Shown: positions 38,948 through 48,593, counted from the first letter of the stretch. The stretch: 57,523 bases of DNA from Candidatus Bipolaricaulota bacterium (GCA_040752575.1 JBFMGK010000014.1:1-57523), one strand, 5' to 3'. The notes: generated from the sequence alone by a model not told the origin. Made by a program: numbers and translations.

Positions 38948-40111
38948 CTACTCACCTACCTTGAAGGGCGACATCGCCCGGAGTTCCGACACCGCGTGGG
39001 GCAGAACCTCGAGGAGGTGGTCGATGTCCTCGTCGGTGGTCTGCCGACCGGTGCTGATGCGGAGGCTTCCATGGGCCATCGAGATCGGCACTCGAAGCGC
39101 GAGAAGCACGTGGCTCGGTTCGAGGTTGGGCGACGAACATGCCGACCCGGTCGAGGCGGCGATGCCTGCCTCGTCGAGGCGCATAATCAGGCTCTCGCCC
39201 TCGAGGGCCGCGAAGCTGAAGTTCGCAATGTGGGGAAGGCTTTCGCTGGGGTGGCCGTTGAGACGCGTGCCGGGGATCTGGAGAACCTCGCGCAGTAGGC
39301 GCCCGCGCAGCCGAACCATCCGCGGGACGACCTGGTCTTTCTCGGCGAACGCGAGGCGCAGCGCGGCGGCAAAGCCGACCGCCCCCGGGACGTTCTCCGT
39401 GCCGCTGCGGACTCCGCGTTCGTGTCCTCCCCCGTGGATCAGGGGAGCGAGGCGCGTGCCCTTGCGGATCCACAGGAACCCGATTCCCTTCGGCCCGTGA
39501 AGCTTGTGCGCCGACGCCGAGAGGAGGCTGACGCCGTCGAGCGGCAGGGACACCTTGCCGAGGGCCTGCACGGCATCGGTGTGGAAAAGAACGCCGCGCT
39601 TCTGGCACAGCGCCCCGATCTCCTCGATCGGTTGGAGGGTTCCTACCTCGTTGGATCCGGCGAGGATCGAGACGAGGAACGTGTCGGGACGAAGCGCGGC
39701 GGCGACGGCTGCCGGATCCACGCGGCCGAACTCGTCGACCTCGACCAGGGTGGACTCGACGCCCTCGCGGCGGAGGGCGTCCAGAGCATGCAGAACGGCA
39801 TGGTGCTCGATGTTCGAGGCGACGATGTGGCCTCCCCGGGCGGCTCGGGCCCGCGACGCGCCGATCAACGCCAAGTTATCCGCCTCGGTGGCTCCTGACG
39901 TGAACACGATCTCGTCATGGCGAACGCCGAGAGACGAGGCGATGGACTCCCGGCTCTCCTCGAGGAGACGTTTGGCCGCCCTCCCCGCGGAGTGAAGGCT
40001 CGACGGGTTTCCGTAGGTCTCGCTCCATGTGACGGCCATCGCATCGAGGACCTCCGGTGCAACGGGCGTCGTGGCGCTGTGATCGAGATACACGAGTTTG
40101 GACATCGCCAT
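38948..40111 (-). CDS. iscS: cysteine desulfurase IscS/NifS
   Basis: YLDHSATT, FTSGATE, SAHKLHGPKG, RSGTENV, STGSACSS. Confidence 0.93.
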   Translation of the reverse strand: MAMSKLVYLDHSATTPVAPEVLDAMAVTWSETYGNPSSLHSAGRAAKRLLEESRESIASSLGVRHDEIVFTSGATEADNLALIGASRARAARGGHIVASNIEHHAVLHALDALRREGVESTLVEVDEFGRVDPAAVAAALRPDTFLVSILAGSNEVGTLQPIEEIGALCQKRGVLFHTDAVQALGKVSLPLDGVSLLSASAHKLHGPKGIGFLWIRKGTRLAPLIHGGGHERGVRSGTENVPGAVGFAAALRLAFAEKDQVVPRMVRLRGRLLREVLQIPGTRLNGHPSESLPHIANFSFAALEGESLIMRLDEAGIAASTGSACSSPNLEPSHVLLALRVPISMAHGSLRISTGRQTTDEDIDHLLEVLPHAVSELRAMSPFKVGE

Positions 40112-40121
40112 CACCGCGGAA

Positions 40122-40151
40122 AATCCTACCAAGAAGGTCCGGATTCTGCAA
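40122..40151 (-). promoter_or_regulatory. iscS promoter with overlapping imperfect inverted repeat (putative Rrf2 operator)
   Basis: TTGCAG-17 nt-TAGGAT; AATCCTACC-AAGAA-GGTCCGGATT (40122-40145). Confidence 0.6.
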
Positions 40152-40189
40152 GAAAGAGACCGCCGGCCGAGCCGGCGGCGCCGAAGGCT

Positions 40190-40348
40190 CTAGATCTTCT
40201 CGAACAGGTCGGTCGACGCGCCGCAATCCGGGCACGTCCATCCGCCGGGCAGATCCTCAAAGGCCGTTCCGGCTGGCACGCCGGTCGTCGGATCGCCGAC
40301 CTCGGGGTCGTAGATGTATCCGCACACCGTGCACTCCCACTTACTCAT
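40190..40348 (-). CDS. rubredoxin, 52 aa
   Basis: [15 protein letters not shown]...WTCPDCG; absent from ORF track. Confidence 0.95.
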   Translation of the reverse strand: MSKWECTVCGYIYDPEVGDPTTGVPAGTAFEDLPGGWTCPDCGASTDLFEKI

Positions 40349-40907
40349 GGCTGACCTCCTCGCCTTGCGTCGCAGCCTCCGGAGGCTCCCCGGTCGGGCC
40401 CACGACGTGGAAACGGAACTCGTCGATTGTACTCAGGCCGAAGTGTCGGAGGAACTCCTCCGTCACCGAGAGACGCAAGGTCCGCCCCTCCTCTTCGGCG
40501 CGCACAAGACCCCGCTCGATCAGGTCGTGAATGTGCTCGTAGGCCTTGTTTCCCCTTGTCCGGACGACGTCAGCCTGCGTCGCGGGGTGGTTGTAGGCGA
40601 TGACGGCCAGCGTCCTGAGGACGGGCTGCGGGATGTCCTGTTGAGGTGCAAGATGGGCGACGCGATCCACATACTCTCGCTTGACGCGAAGGAGAGCGCG
40701 TCCTTCCTCGGCGACCAGCTCGACGCCGCGGCCGGAGTCGACCAACGCGCTGCCGAGGTCCTCGAGCAGCTGGTCGACGTAGGCGAGCGGGACGCCGTCA
40801 AGGATCTTCGACAGCGCGCGGCGGCTCAGGGGACGCGACGCAAGAAACAGCGCGGCTTCGACGAGCGCAAGGTCGTTTCCGCGGTCGGTGCCTTGTTCCT
40901 CTCTCAT
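40341..40907 (-). CDS. scpB: segregation and condensation protein ScpB
   Basis: [24 protein letters not shown]; downstream of scpA. Confidence 0.88.
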   Translation of the reverse strand: MREEQGTDRGNDLALVEAALFLASRPLSRRALSKILDGVPLAYVDQLLEDLGSALVDSGRGVELVAEEGRALLRVKREYVDRVAHLAPQQDIPQPVLRTLAVIAYNHPATQADVVRTRGNKAYEHIHDLIERGLVRAEEEGRTLRLSVTEEFLRHFGLSTIDEFRFHVVGPTGEPPEAATQGEEVSHE

Positions 40908-40926
40908 CGGTCGATGGGGAAGGCGC

Positions 40927-41643
40927 TCATCCCTCGGCCTCGAGGCGGATCTGGATGTCGCCGAGGAATTCCTTCTGCGTGCAGGAGATGCGCCCATCGG
41001 CCGCGAGGTGCAGGATCTCGAAGAAGCGGTGAACGCGCTCCTCCTTGTCGCCGCGCGACAGGAGACGGAAGAAGCTCAAGACGCGCCGTCCGGAAAGCAG
41101 GCGTTTGATCTCCTGAAACAGCGAGTGAAGGCGGTCGGTGAAGTCCTCGCCGCCGATCTCGAAACCCTCGAAGGGGTCGTGCTCCTCTTCTTCGACGCGC
41201 GCGATCAACCGTCCGGCGCGGCGTCGGCTGACTTTCAGGGCTCCCTCCAAGGCTTCGCGCAGATCGACCAACGTCACTTGGCGCCGCGGGCTCCTGACGA
41301 CCGGGAGGGAGAACTCCCCCGGATCACGGGGCGCCGCCGGAACATCGAAGTCCGTCTCCTCCGCCAGGTCGGCGAGGAGATCTTCACGCCCGGTTGTCTC
41401 GGCCTCGAGGAGAAGGTCGGACTTCATCCGAAGCAGGACGGAGCACGTGAGCACCATCCGCCCCGGTACAGCGAACTCGAGGTCGCGCAGAGCCTGAAGA
41501 ACATCGCGGTATCGCCTTGCCAGAAGACCGATGTCGATGTCCCAGGGATCCATGTCCGACGTGAGCCGGCGAAGTACGCCTTCCCAGCTCTCGCCAATGA
41601 GTTCCTCGACGGGGATCGCGTCGATCAGCAGGCTCGTCTCCAC
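40927..41643 (-). CDS. scpA: kleisin ScpA, archaeal-like N-terminus
   Basis: MDPWDIDI, VLLRMKS, RRQVTL, FFEILHL. Confidence 0.85.
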   Translation of the reverse strand: METSLLIDAIPVEELIGESWEGVLRRLTSDMDPWDIDIGLLARRYRDVLQALRDLEFAVPGRMVLTCSVLLRMKSDLLLEAETTGREDLLADLAEETDFDVPAAPRDPGEFSLPVVRSPRRQVTLVDLREALEGALKVSRRRAGRLIARVEEEEHDPFEGFEIGGEDFTDRLHSLFQEIKRLLSGRRVLSFFRLLSRGDKEERVHRFFEILHLAADGRISCTQKEFLGDIQIRLEAEG

Positions 41644-41668
41644 GCGTCTCCTCTCCTTACCCTACCCA

Positions 41669-44197
41669 CTAGAGGTTGAGGGCGAGAACCTCGGATGCCC
41701 CGTTCTTGATTGTCACGCCATAGGCGCGGTCGGCATGGCGAACCGTTTCCTCGTTGTGCGAGACAACGATCACCTGGATGCGCTTGGCATACTCGCTGAG
41801 CATGCGCGACAGGCGGTTCGTGTTCATTAGATCGAGCGCAGCATCGATCTCGTCGAGGATGAAGAACGGCGCCTTCTGGTGCTCCTGGAGCGCGAAGACA
41901 AAGGCCGTGGCGACGAGTGTCTGCTCCCCCCCGGAGAGCGCATCCAAGACATGCGGCTCCTTCTCAGGAGGATGGGCCCGCAGCACGAGTCCCGAGGAGA
42001 TGTCGCCGGCGACCTCCAGCTCGAGCGACGCGCTGCCCCCCTCGAAGAGGATCCGGAAGATCCGGTCGAACTCCTTGCCGACGGACTCTAGGGTCTCGAG
42101 AAACCGCACCCGCTTCTTTTCCTCGATCTCGCCGATGAGTCTCTCGATCTCGCGTTTCTCGGACTCCAGCGCGTCGACGCGCTCACGGAAGAGGTTGAAC
42201 TCGGCCTCGTAGGCCGCGTACTCGTCGATCGCGCGATGGTTGACCGGTTCGAGGCGCTTCATCTCGCGTGCTACCTCTTCGAGTCTGCGTTCCAGCTCGC
42301 GCACCGGCTCACGGATGAGATCCGTCGGCTCCCCGGCCTCTGGCGGGCCCAACGCTTCGAGTTCGGCCTGGGCCTCGGCTTCCTGGCGCTCATAGCGACT
42401 CAGAGCGCGGCGCAGGTTCTCAAGTCCCTGATAAGCCTCTCTCCGCTTCTCTCGGAGTTCGTGGAGACGGTCGCTGTGCGCCGTCGCTGTGCCCTTCGCG
42501 CGCGACGTCGACTCCTGTGCCGCTGCCAGGTCCTTCTCTTTCTCTTCGAGCAGCGCCGTCATCTCGGCGCGCTCGTCCTCGAGGCGCTCCACGTCCTTGC
42601 GCAACTTGGCGATGTGCTCGCGCCGCTGTGCGACGTCGAACGACGAGTCCTTGGCCTTCTGCGGTTGCTCCTTCTTCCCCGGGGTGGGACGCCAGCCGCC
42701 GCTGAGCGCGCCGCCCTTGCTCTGGAGATCGCCGTCGAGCGTGACGACGCGAACCCCATCCAGTTCGCGTACGGCTTCTAGGTTCTCGGCGACGACGGTG
42801 TCGGTCAGCACGTACTCGAACGCGCGCCGATACTTCTCGTCGAACTCGATCAAGTTGATCGCGTAGTCCAACACGCCGCGGAGCTTCAAGGCCTCGGCCG
42901 ACGCAAGGCTTTTGCGCGACGTGACAAGACGGCGAAGAGGAAGAATGCGCGCTCGACCCAGCCGCTTCTCTTTGAGGTAGTTGATGCAGTCGATCGCCGT
43001 CTCACGGGAGTCGACGACGAGGTCGCCCAGGCTCCCTCCCGCCGCCGTTTCGAAGGCGGTTTCGTAACCGGGCTTCGGCACGGCAAGCGAAGCGATCGTG
43101 CCGTAGACGCCGCCACGCTTTCGATCGAGAAGCGCCTGCACGGCAGGGTTCTCTCGCACTCCGCTGGCGGCGGCCGCGGCGGGGACGGCGGCGCGCATGC
43201 GAGAGATCTCGTCGATCATCTCCTGGATGTTCGCGATTTGTTGGCGTTTGAACTGCAGATCGCTCTCTTTGTGCACGAGATCCGAGCGCAGGCGCTCGAC
43301 CTCCTTGATGAGCGCGATCTGCGAGCCTCCGGAGAGGTCTTCTTGCATGCCCTCGAGTTCCCACTCTTTGTTCTCGACCTCGCGATCCAGTTCAGAAACC
43401 GAAGCCTCGAGGGTGGAGATCCGCGCGTCCATGCCTTGTCGCTCCGTCTGTGCTTGGTGGAGCTTCTGCGCGAGTTTCTCCCGCTGCTGGTGCAGGATGG
43501 ACTTGCGGAGACGCGCCTGGTCGGCGACCAGCGCCTGATGCGCCAGCGCGGCGTCCCGCTCCTTCTGCAGAGCGAGAAGTCGCCGCCGTCGCTCGGCGAG
43601 GACGACGCGATGGGTGTTCAGCTTGCCCTTCACTTCCTTCAGCTCGGCAATCGCCTGATTGCGCTTCTCGTCGTACGCCGCGATGCCGCTGGCCTCGTCG
43701 AGGATCTCCCGGCGGCGAAGCGGGGTCCGGCGCACGATGTCCGTAATACGACCTTGCGCGATGAGTTGCTGGCCGTCGGGGTCGATCCGAGCGGCCTCGA
43801 GGACCTCGTCGATCGTTGCCCGAGGGCAGTTGTGACCCATCAACGTGTACGAAGACGACTTCCGCGTGATGCGGCGGCCGATGGCAACCTCCGCCGCGCG
43901 CTCGCCCGCCTCGAGAAACCGGTCGAAGATCGCGTCGCTGTTGTCGAGGTAGAGCGTAACCTCGGCGGCGTCCGACGCGTCGTAGCGCTCCCCGCCGTTG
44001 AAGATCAGGTGCTCCAGGCGATCGGCGCGCAGTTGCGACGATCGCCGCCCCATGACGAAGCTGATCGCGTCGAACAGGTTGGACTTCCCCGATCCGTTCT
44101 CGCCGACGACGGCAGTCATCCCGGGGAAGAACGGAAGGACCGTCTTCTTGCGGAACGACTTGAACCCGGCGAGTTCCACCCTGTTGATCTTGGTCAT
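41669..44197 (-). CDS. smc: chromosome segregation ATPase SMC, short (842 aa)
   Basis: GFKSF, GENGSGKSN, IAQG, hinge GVYG..GRARILPL..VTLDGD..GGALSGG, LSGGE, LDEIDAALD. Confidence 0.92.
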   Translation of the reverse strand: MTKINRVELAGFKSFRKKTVLPFFPGMTAVVGENGSGKSNLFDAISFVMGRRSSQLRADRLEHLIFNGGERYDASDAAEVTLYLDNSDAIFDRFLEAGERAAEVAIGRRITRKSSSYTLMGHNCPRATIDEVLEAARIDPDGQQLIAQGRITDIVRRTPLRRREILDEASGIAAYDEKRNQAIAELKEVKGKLNTHRVVLAERRRRLLALQKERDAALAHQALVADQARLRKSILHQQREKLAQKLHQAQTERQGMDARISTLEASVSELDREVENKEWELEGMQEDLSGGSQIALIKEVERLRSDLVHKESDLQFKRQQIANIQEMIDEISRMRAAVPAAAAASGVRENPAVQALLDRKRGGVYGTIASLAVPKPGYETAFETAAGGSLGDLVVDSRETAIDCINYLKEKRLGRARILPLRRLVTSRKSLASAEALKLRGVLDYAINLIEFDEKYRRAFEYVLTDTVVAENLEAVRELDGVRVVTLDGDLQSKGGALSGGWRPTPGKKEQPQKAKDSSFDVAQRREHIAKLRKDVERLEDERAEMTALLEEKEKDLAAAQESTSRAKGTATAHSDRLHELREKRREAYQGLENLRRALSRYERQEAEAQAELEALGPPEAGEPTDLIREPVRELERRLEEVAREMKRLEPVNHRAIDEYAAYEAEFNLFRERVDALESEKREIERLIGEIEEKKRVRFLETLESVGKEFDRIFRILFEGGSASLELEVAGDISSGLVLRAHPPEKEPHVLDALSGGEQTLVATAFVFALQEHQKAPFFILDEIDAALDLMNTNRLSRMLSEYAKRIQVIVVSHNEETVRHADRAYGVTIKNGASEVLALNL

Positions 44198-44198
44198 G

Positions 44199-44465
44199 TC
44201 ATCGGCCGGCGAGGAGGCTGGGGACGCGCTCGGGGAAGAGGCTCAACTGCAACATCGCGAGGTGCTCGCGCGGCAGTCCGCGGCCACGGCTTCGCAGACC
44301 GAGAAGCCGAACGACGCGCCGGAGGTGCTCGCCGCTCGGCTCCGCGCTTCCTGCTTCCCACCGCGCAAGAGTCGGCGCAGAAACGCCGAGGATGTCGGCC
44401 GTCCAGCTCTGGCTCCACCCGTTCACCGATCGAAACGCTTTCAGTCTCTGCCCGAGTCCCTCCAC
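44199..44465 (-). CDS. XRE-family HTH protein with C-terminal QLSLF
   Basis: LKAFR..GWSQ..ADILGVS..TLARWEAG..P; GAGGGG RBS before GTG. Confidence 0.75.
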   Translation of the reverse strand: MEGLGQRLKAFRSVNGWSQSWTADILGVSAPTLARWEAGSAEPSGEHLRRVVRLLGLRSRGRGLPREHLAMLQLSLFPERVPSLLAGR

Positions 44466-44493
44466 CTTGGAGTCCCCCTCAAGCCGGTTGCTC

Positions 44494-44522
44494 ACTATAG
44501 CTTCTCCTCTTGTCGCGTGCAA
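44494..44522 (-). promoter_or_regulatory. promoter of HTH-smc operon
   Basis: TTGCAC-17 nt-TATAGT. Confidence 0.65.
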
Positions 44523-44529
44523 AACAGAG

Positions 44530-44557
44530 ACGAGGGAGGCCTTTGGGCCTCCCTCGT
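44530..44557 (-). terminator. intrinsic terminator of coiled-coil gene
   Basis: 12-bp stem ACGAGGGAGGCC/GGCCTCCCTCGT followed by CTCTGTTTT on minus strand. Confidence 0.7.
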
Positions 44558-44587
44558 TCGACCGTCCTCTCCCTCTGTCGCGGGGGG

Positions 44588-45733
44588 TCAGCTGCTGTTC
44601 CCCATGAAGCCCCAGATCAGTGCCCCGACGCCCGCGAGGAGCCCCACGATCGAAATGAAGTACAGCGTATCGATTTGCTTCTTCAGGAAGACGGCGTTGT
44701 CTTCCACCGCCTTCAGCCGTAGTTCGTACTCGCCGAGCAACTCGCGATTTGCCTCGAGAATGCCGTCCTTGAGGGTCACCATGTCCGAGGACATCGTGGC
44801 CAGCGCGACATCGAATCCCTCGAGTTTGGCGCGGTTGTTGTCGACCTTGATCGCGACGGCCGCCATGGCCCGCTCGAGTTCCAGAACCTTCTTCTTGAAG
44901 GTGCCGACATCCTCGGCCTCAAGGCTCTGGACCCGGGCCTCTACCGAGCCATACTGCGACTCGAGGAGCGTCATGTCGGCGCTGAACGAGGACTCGAGGG
45001 TCGTCACCGAGCCGGCGAGGCTTTCGCGCAATGCGTCGATCTCCCCGTAGACGCCGGTCTGCAGGGCATCGAACCCATCGTAGACCTCGGTGCGCAGCGC
45101 GCTGAGGTCGCCGGCGAATCCGACACGCAGGGCCTCGAGATCGGACGTCAACGTCGACTCGAGCCCGTCAATCCTTGAGGTGAAGGATTCGTCCATCGCA
45201 CTGAGGTCCGCGAGAAGCTGCTCGCGGAACGCGGCGTAGTCTTCCATGTGCGCCCCGAAGGCATCGACCAGGGCGTCGAATTGCGTCTGCAGCTCTTCGA
45301 GATCCGCCCCCTGACTGTCAAGGAGCGCCTTCATCTGGTCGCAGAAGGCCGCCAGCTCCGAGAGACCGGCCTCAAGCGCCACGACGCGGATCCTCAGCTC
45401 CTGCTGACGCGAGGTGAGCCCATCGACCTCTCCACGGAGGCCGACGATCTTGCCTTCGGCCTGCTTGATCTCCACCGAAACGGCGGTGACGACATTCTTG
45501 AGTTCCTCGAGCTTGGCGCTCAGGTTGGTCAGGTCGTGCATGTTGACCTTGACCTCGGTGACCAATTCACCCATGAAGCTCTGAAGTCCGCCGAAGGCGG
45601 CCTCCATGGCCGCGAGTTCCTGCTCCAACAAGTCAGGGACCGCCGGCGTGCTCGCTTCCTGCGCGTATCCAACGGACAGGAGAGAGAGGAACGTCAGGAC
45701 GGTCAGCGTCGCGACAGAAAGCGCTCTCTTCAT
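44588..45733 (-). CDS. exported long coiled-coil protein with C-terminal membrane anchor
   Basis: AAGGAGG RBS; signal peptide MKRALSV..GYA; heptad-rich body; LYFISIVGLLAGVGALIWG. Confidence 0.75.
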   Translation of the reverse strand: MKRALSVATLTVLTFLSLLSVGYAQEASTPAVPDLLEQELAAMEAAFGGLQSFMGELVTEVKVNMHDLTNLSAKLEELKNVVTAVSVEIKQAEGKIVGLRGEVDGLTSRQQELRIRVVALEAGLSELAAFCDQMKALLDSQGADLEELQTQFDALVDAFGAHMEDYAAFREQLLADLSAMDESFTSRIDGLESTLTSDLEALRVGFAGDLSALRTEVYDGFDALQTGVYGEIDALRESLAGSVTTLESSFSADMTLLESQYGSVEARVQSLEAEDVGTFKKKVLELERAMAAVAIKVDNNRAKLEGFDVALATMSSDMVTLKDGILEANRELLGEYELRLKAVEDNAVFLKKQIDTLYFISIVGLLAGVGALIWGFMGNSS

Positions 45734-45943
45734 CGTCTTCCTCCTTGTACGACGGGAGTTCACGCCGCAGCGTAGCCTTGGGATCGCAAGGCCGCTCGGA
45801 CCGCCGTGGCGGCGGCGGAGCCCGTTTGTCAGACTCCGGCCGGACACCTGTCCGGGCCGTTCCCCTTCCAGAGGGAAAGGGAGGGCGCGGTATACTCCAA
45901 GACCAGAGAAGCAAGACGCCGCAATGGGTGGGGGGAAGACAGC

Positions 45944-47689
45944 ATGACGACGAAGACCTTTCTTGTATTGGCCGCGCTCCTTGCGCTTCTGATCCTGGCC
46001 GTCGCGCCGAGATGGCAGGAGCCGGGACCAACCGACCAACCGATCGATGAAGGACGGGTGATCGACGTCGGCCACTTCGTCCTCGAACAGGCCGGCCGGC
46101 CGATGCTCGACGAGACCTACACCCTTCTGTTCCAGCCCGGCGAGGGGTACCTCCTGATCTCGCAGTCGACGCTCACCGCCGGGGGCCTCACCCTCCGTCT
46201 GGCTCAGCAGACGCTGTACGATGAGGGCTTGCATCCAACCTCATACCAGATGGCGGTGGACGGCGCGGGTCCTACGCAACTCGTGACCGCCAGCGTGACG
46301 AGCGGCAGCGTCAGGATGGAGGTCCGTGTCGGGGTCGCGCGGCAGTCAACGGATGCGTCGTTGGGATCCTCGTACGCGCTTCTCGACAACAATCTCATCG
46401 CCCACTACGCCGTTCTGCTGGCGGCTCTGCGGGCGGAGAGGGTTGAGACGACCTTCGTCGCGGCGGTTCCTCAGATTCTGTCGGCTCTCCCGGCGCACTG
46501 GGAAGGGCCGGAGCCGGTCCGCTTCTTGTCTGGCGAGAGCGAACACGAGGGAGACCTCTACACCGTGAGCGTCGGCGACGCGGAGCTCGGATTGGTCGCC
46601 GTGGACGGGAAGCTTGTGGCGGTCGTGAATCGTGCCCAGAACACGGTGGGATACGACGTGAACCTGCTACCCGAGGGTTTCGCCTTGCCAACCCCGCCCC
46701 CCGCCGACGAGCCGTCCGCCGTGCACGAGATGGACGTCGAGTTCATCGGGGACGCCGGGTCGCTCTCCGGCACCGTCGCCCGACCGCACGAGGGGGAACC
46801 CCAAGCCGTCGTGCTCCTTCTCGCGGGGTCGGGGCCGGTGGATCGAGATGGAGATGCGCCCGGACTGGAAACGGGAACCTACCGCCAGCTGGCGCACTCG
46901 CTGGCCCGTGTCGGCGTAGCCTCGGTTCGATATGACAAGCGGGGCGTGGGCTCGAGCGAAGGGACCCTTGCTACGGCATCAAGGACCGATCTCGTGAACG
47001 ACGCTCGCCGCGTTCTCGAGCAGACCACCGCATGGGATGGCCTGACCAACCTTCCGGTCTTCGTGGTCGGGCACAGCGAGGGAGCGTACCTCGCCGCGGA
47101 GCTTGCGGCCGAGTCCGAGGCGGTGAGCGGACTCGTCCTGCTCTGTGGCGCCGCGCAGTCCCTTGCAGACGTGACGCGGTGGCAGGTGGAAACCCTGCTT
47201 CGCCTCAACGGGGCGGCGGAAGAGGCGATTGCCGCGGCGCTCGAACAAGAGGACCAGTACCTCGCGTTCGTCAAAGCGTCAACAGGACAGTGGACCGACA
47301 TCGGCGACGAAGCGCTGCGCGAGGCCCTTCCGTGGCTAGATGAAGCCGGCGCGGCACAGCTACGGGGATCGGACCTCGGACTCGCGTGGTTGCGCGAGCA
47401 CTACAACGAGGATCCGTCGGCGACCCTTCGCCGCGTCCGTTGCCCCGTTCTGGCCGTGAACGGCGACAAGGACGTCCAGGTTCCGCCTTCCGAGGCCGCG
47501 GCGATTGAGGAGGTGCTCCGCGCCGGCGGGAATGCCGCGGTGCAGGGTGTCCTACTCGAGGATCTGAACCACCTCCTACGGGTTCACCCCGAGGAGCCCA
47601 GCCTCGTGCTGCGGCACCTCGACCAACCGGTGGATCCCCGCGTGGTCGATCTCCTATCGAGGTGGATCCTCGAGCAGGTCGATGGCTGA
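45944..47689 (+). CDS. membrane-anchored/exported alpha/beta hydrolase
   Basis: GSGPVDRDG, RYDKRGVG, GHSEG, GDKDVQV, LNHLL. Confidence 0.85.
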   Translation: MTTKTFLVLAALLALLILAVAPRWQEPGPTDQPIDEGRVIDVGHFVLEQAGRPMLDETYTLLFQPGEGYLLISQSTLTAGGLTLRLAQQTLYDEGLHPTSYQMAVDGAGPTQLVTASVTSGSVRMEVRVGVARQSTDASLGSSYALLDNNLIAHYAVLLAALRAERVETTFVAAVPQILSALPAHWEGPEPVRFLSGESEHEGDLYTVSVGDAELGLVAVDGKLVAVVNRAQNTVGYDVNLLPEGFALPTPPPADEPSAVHEMDVEFIGDAGSLSGTVARPHEGEPQAVVLLLAGSGPVDRDGDAPGLETGTYRQLAHSLARVGVASVRYDKRGVGSSEGTLATASRTDLVNDARRVLEQTTAWDGLTNLPVFVVGHSEGAYLAAELAAESEAVSGLVLLCGAAQSLADVTRWQVETLLRLNGAAEEAIAAALEQEDQYLAFVKASTGQWTDIGDEALREALPWLDEAGAAQLRGSDLGLAWLREHYNEDPSATLRRVRCPVLAVNGDKDVQVPPSEAAAIEEVLRAGGNAAVQGVLLEDLNHLLRVHPEEPSLVLRHLDQPVDPRVVDLLSRWILEQVDG

Positions 47690-48593
47690 TCTACCGCGCG
47701 GCAGGGAAGAGGTCCGACGGGCGCTGTCCGTCGCGGGCGTCCGACCGAGCAAGGCGCGCGGGCAGAACTTCCTCGTCGATGCTCGCGCCGCGGCCGAGGT
47801 GGCCGATGCCGTGCTGGCTTGCGGGGCAGGCGACGTCGTCGAGATCGGACCGGGGCTGGGCGCGCTGACGCAAGCCGTTGCTGCGGTTGCGCGGCACGTT
47901 ACGTGCCTCGAGATCGATCCGCGCTTGGCGTCTTGGCTCTCTCAGCGAGTCGCCGCCGAGGGGTTGTCGAACGTCTCGGTGTGTGAGGAAGATGCCGTCA
48001 GCTTCGACCTTGGGCGCGTTTCCCACGAGAACCGCATGCTCGTGGTGGGGAGCATTCCGTACAGCGTTACGGCGCCGCTCCTGCAGATGCTCATCCGACA
48101 GCGCGCCGCGCTTCGCGGAGCCGTGCTCATCACCCAGCGGGAGGTCGCCGAGAAGATCCTTGCGAGCCCTGGGAAGGAAGGAACGGCACTCGGCACGATG
48201 GTCCGCGCCTACGCCGAGGTGAGGATCCTGAGGAACCTCTCGCCGCGGTCGTTCGAGCCGAGCCCCGAGGTGGAGTCCACCCTGTGGACGCTGACGTTCC
48301 TGTCATCCCCACGGTTCTCCAGTTCCGAGTCGTCGTTCTTTCGGATCGTCCGCGGGATTTACGGGGCGCGGCGGAAGACCCTGCGCAATGCTTTGGCTCG
48401 CGTCATTCCGAGTCAGGACGTTCCCCGGGTGCTCACTGCAGCCGGCGTGGACAGCGGGCTCCGCGGCGAGACGCTGGACTTCCCGGATCTCGATCGCATG
48501 GCGGCAGAGCTGGACTGCCTGGCGGCTGCACCGTCCGCGGAGGGAGAGCCGGGAAGCGTGCGACGCGCTCGAGCACCCGAGAAGCCCGACTGA
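47682..48593 (+). CDS. rsmA: 16S rRNA dimethyladenosine transferase
   Basis: GQNFLVD, EIGPGLG, IPYSVT, QREVA, RRKTLRNAL. Confidence 0.92.
   Translation: MADLPRGREEVRRALSVAGVRPSKARGQNFLVDARAAAEVADAVLACGAGDVVEIGPGLGALTQAVAAVARHVTCLEIDPRLASWLSQRVAAEGLSNVSVCEEDAVSFDLGRVSHENRMLVVGSIPYSVTAPLLQMLIRQRAALRGAVLITQREVAEKILASPGKEGTALGTMVRAYAEVRILRNLSPRSFEPSPEVESTLWTLTFLSSPRFSSSESSFFRIVRGIYGARRKTLRNALARVIPSQDVPRVLTAAGVDSGLRGETLDFPDLDRMAAELDCLAAAPSAEGEPGSVRRARAPEKPD

Noticed and set aside
40341..44465. Wadjet/MksBEFG defence system
   Set aside because: Canonical SMC hinge, ScpA/ScpB-type partners, housekeeping context and no JetD/MksG nuclease
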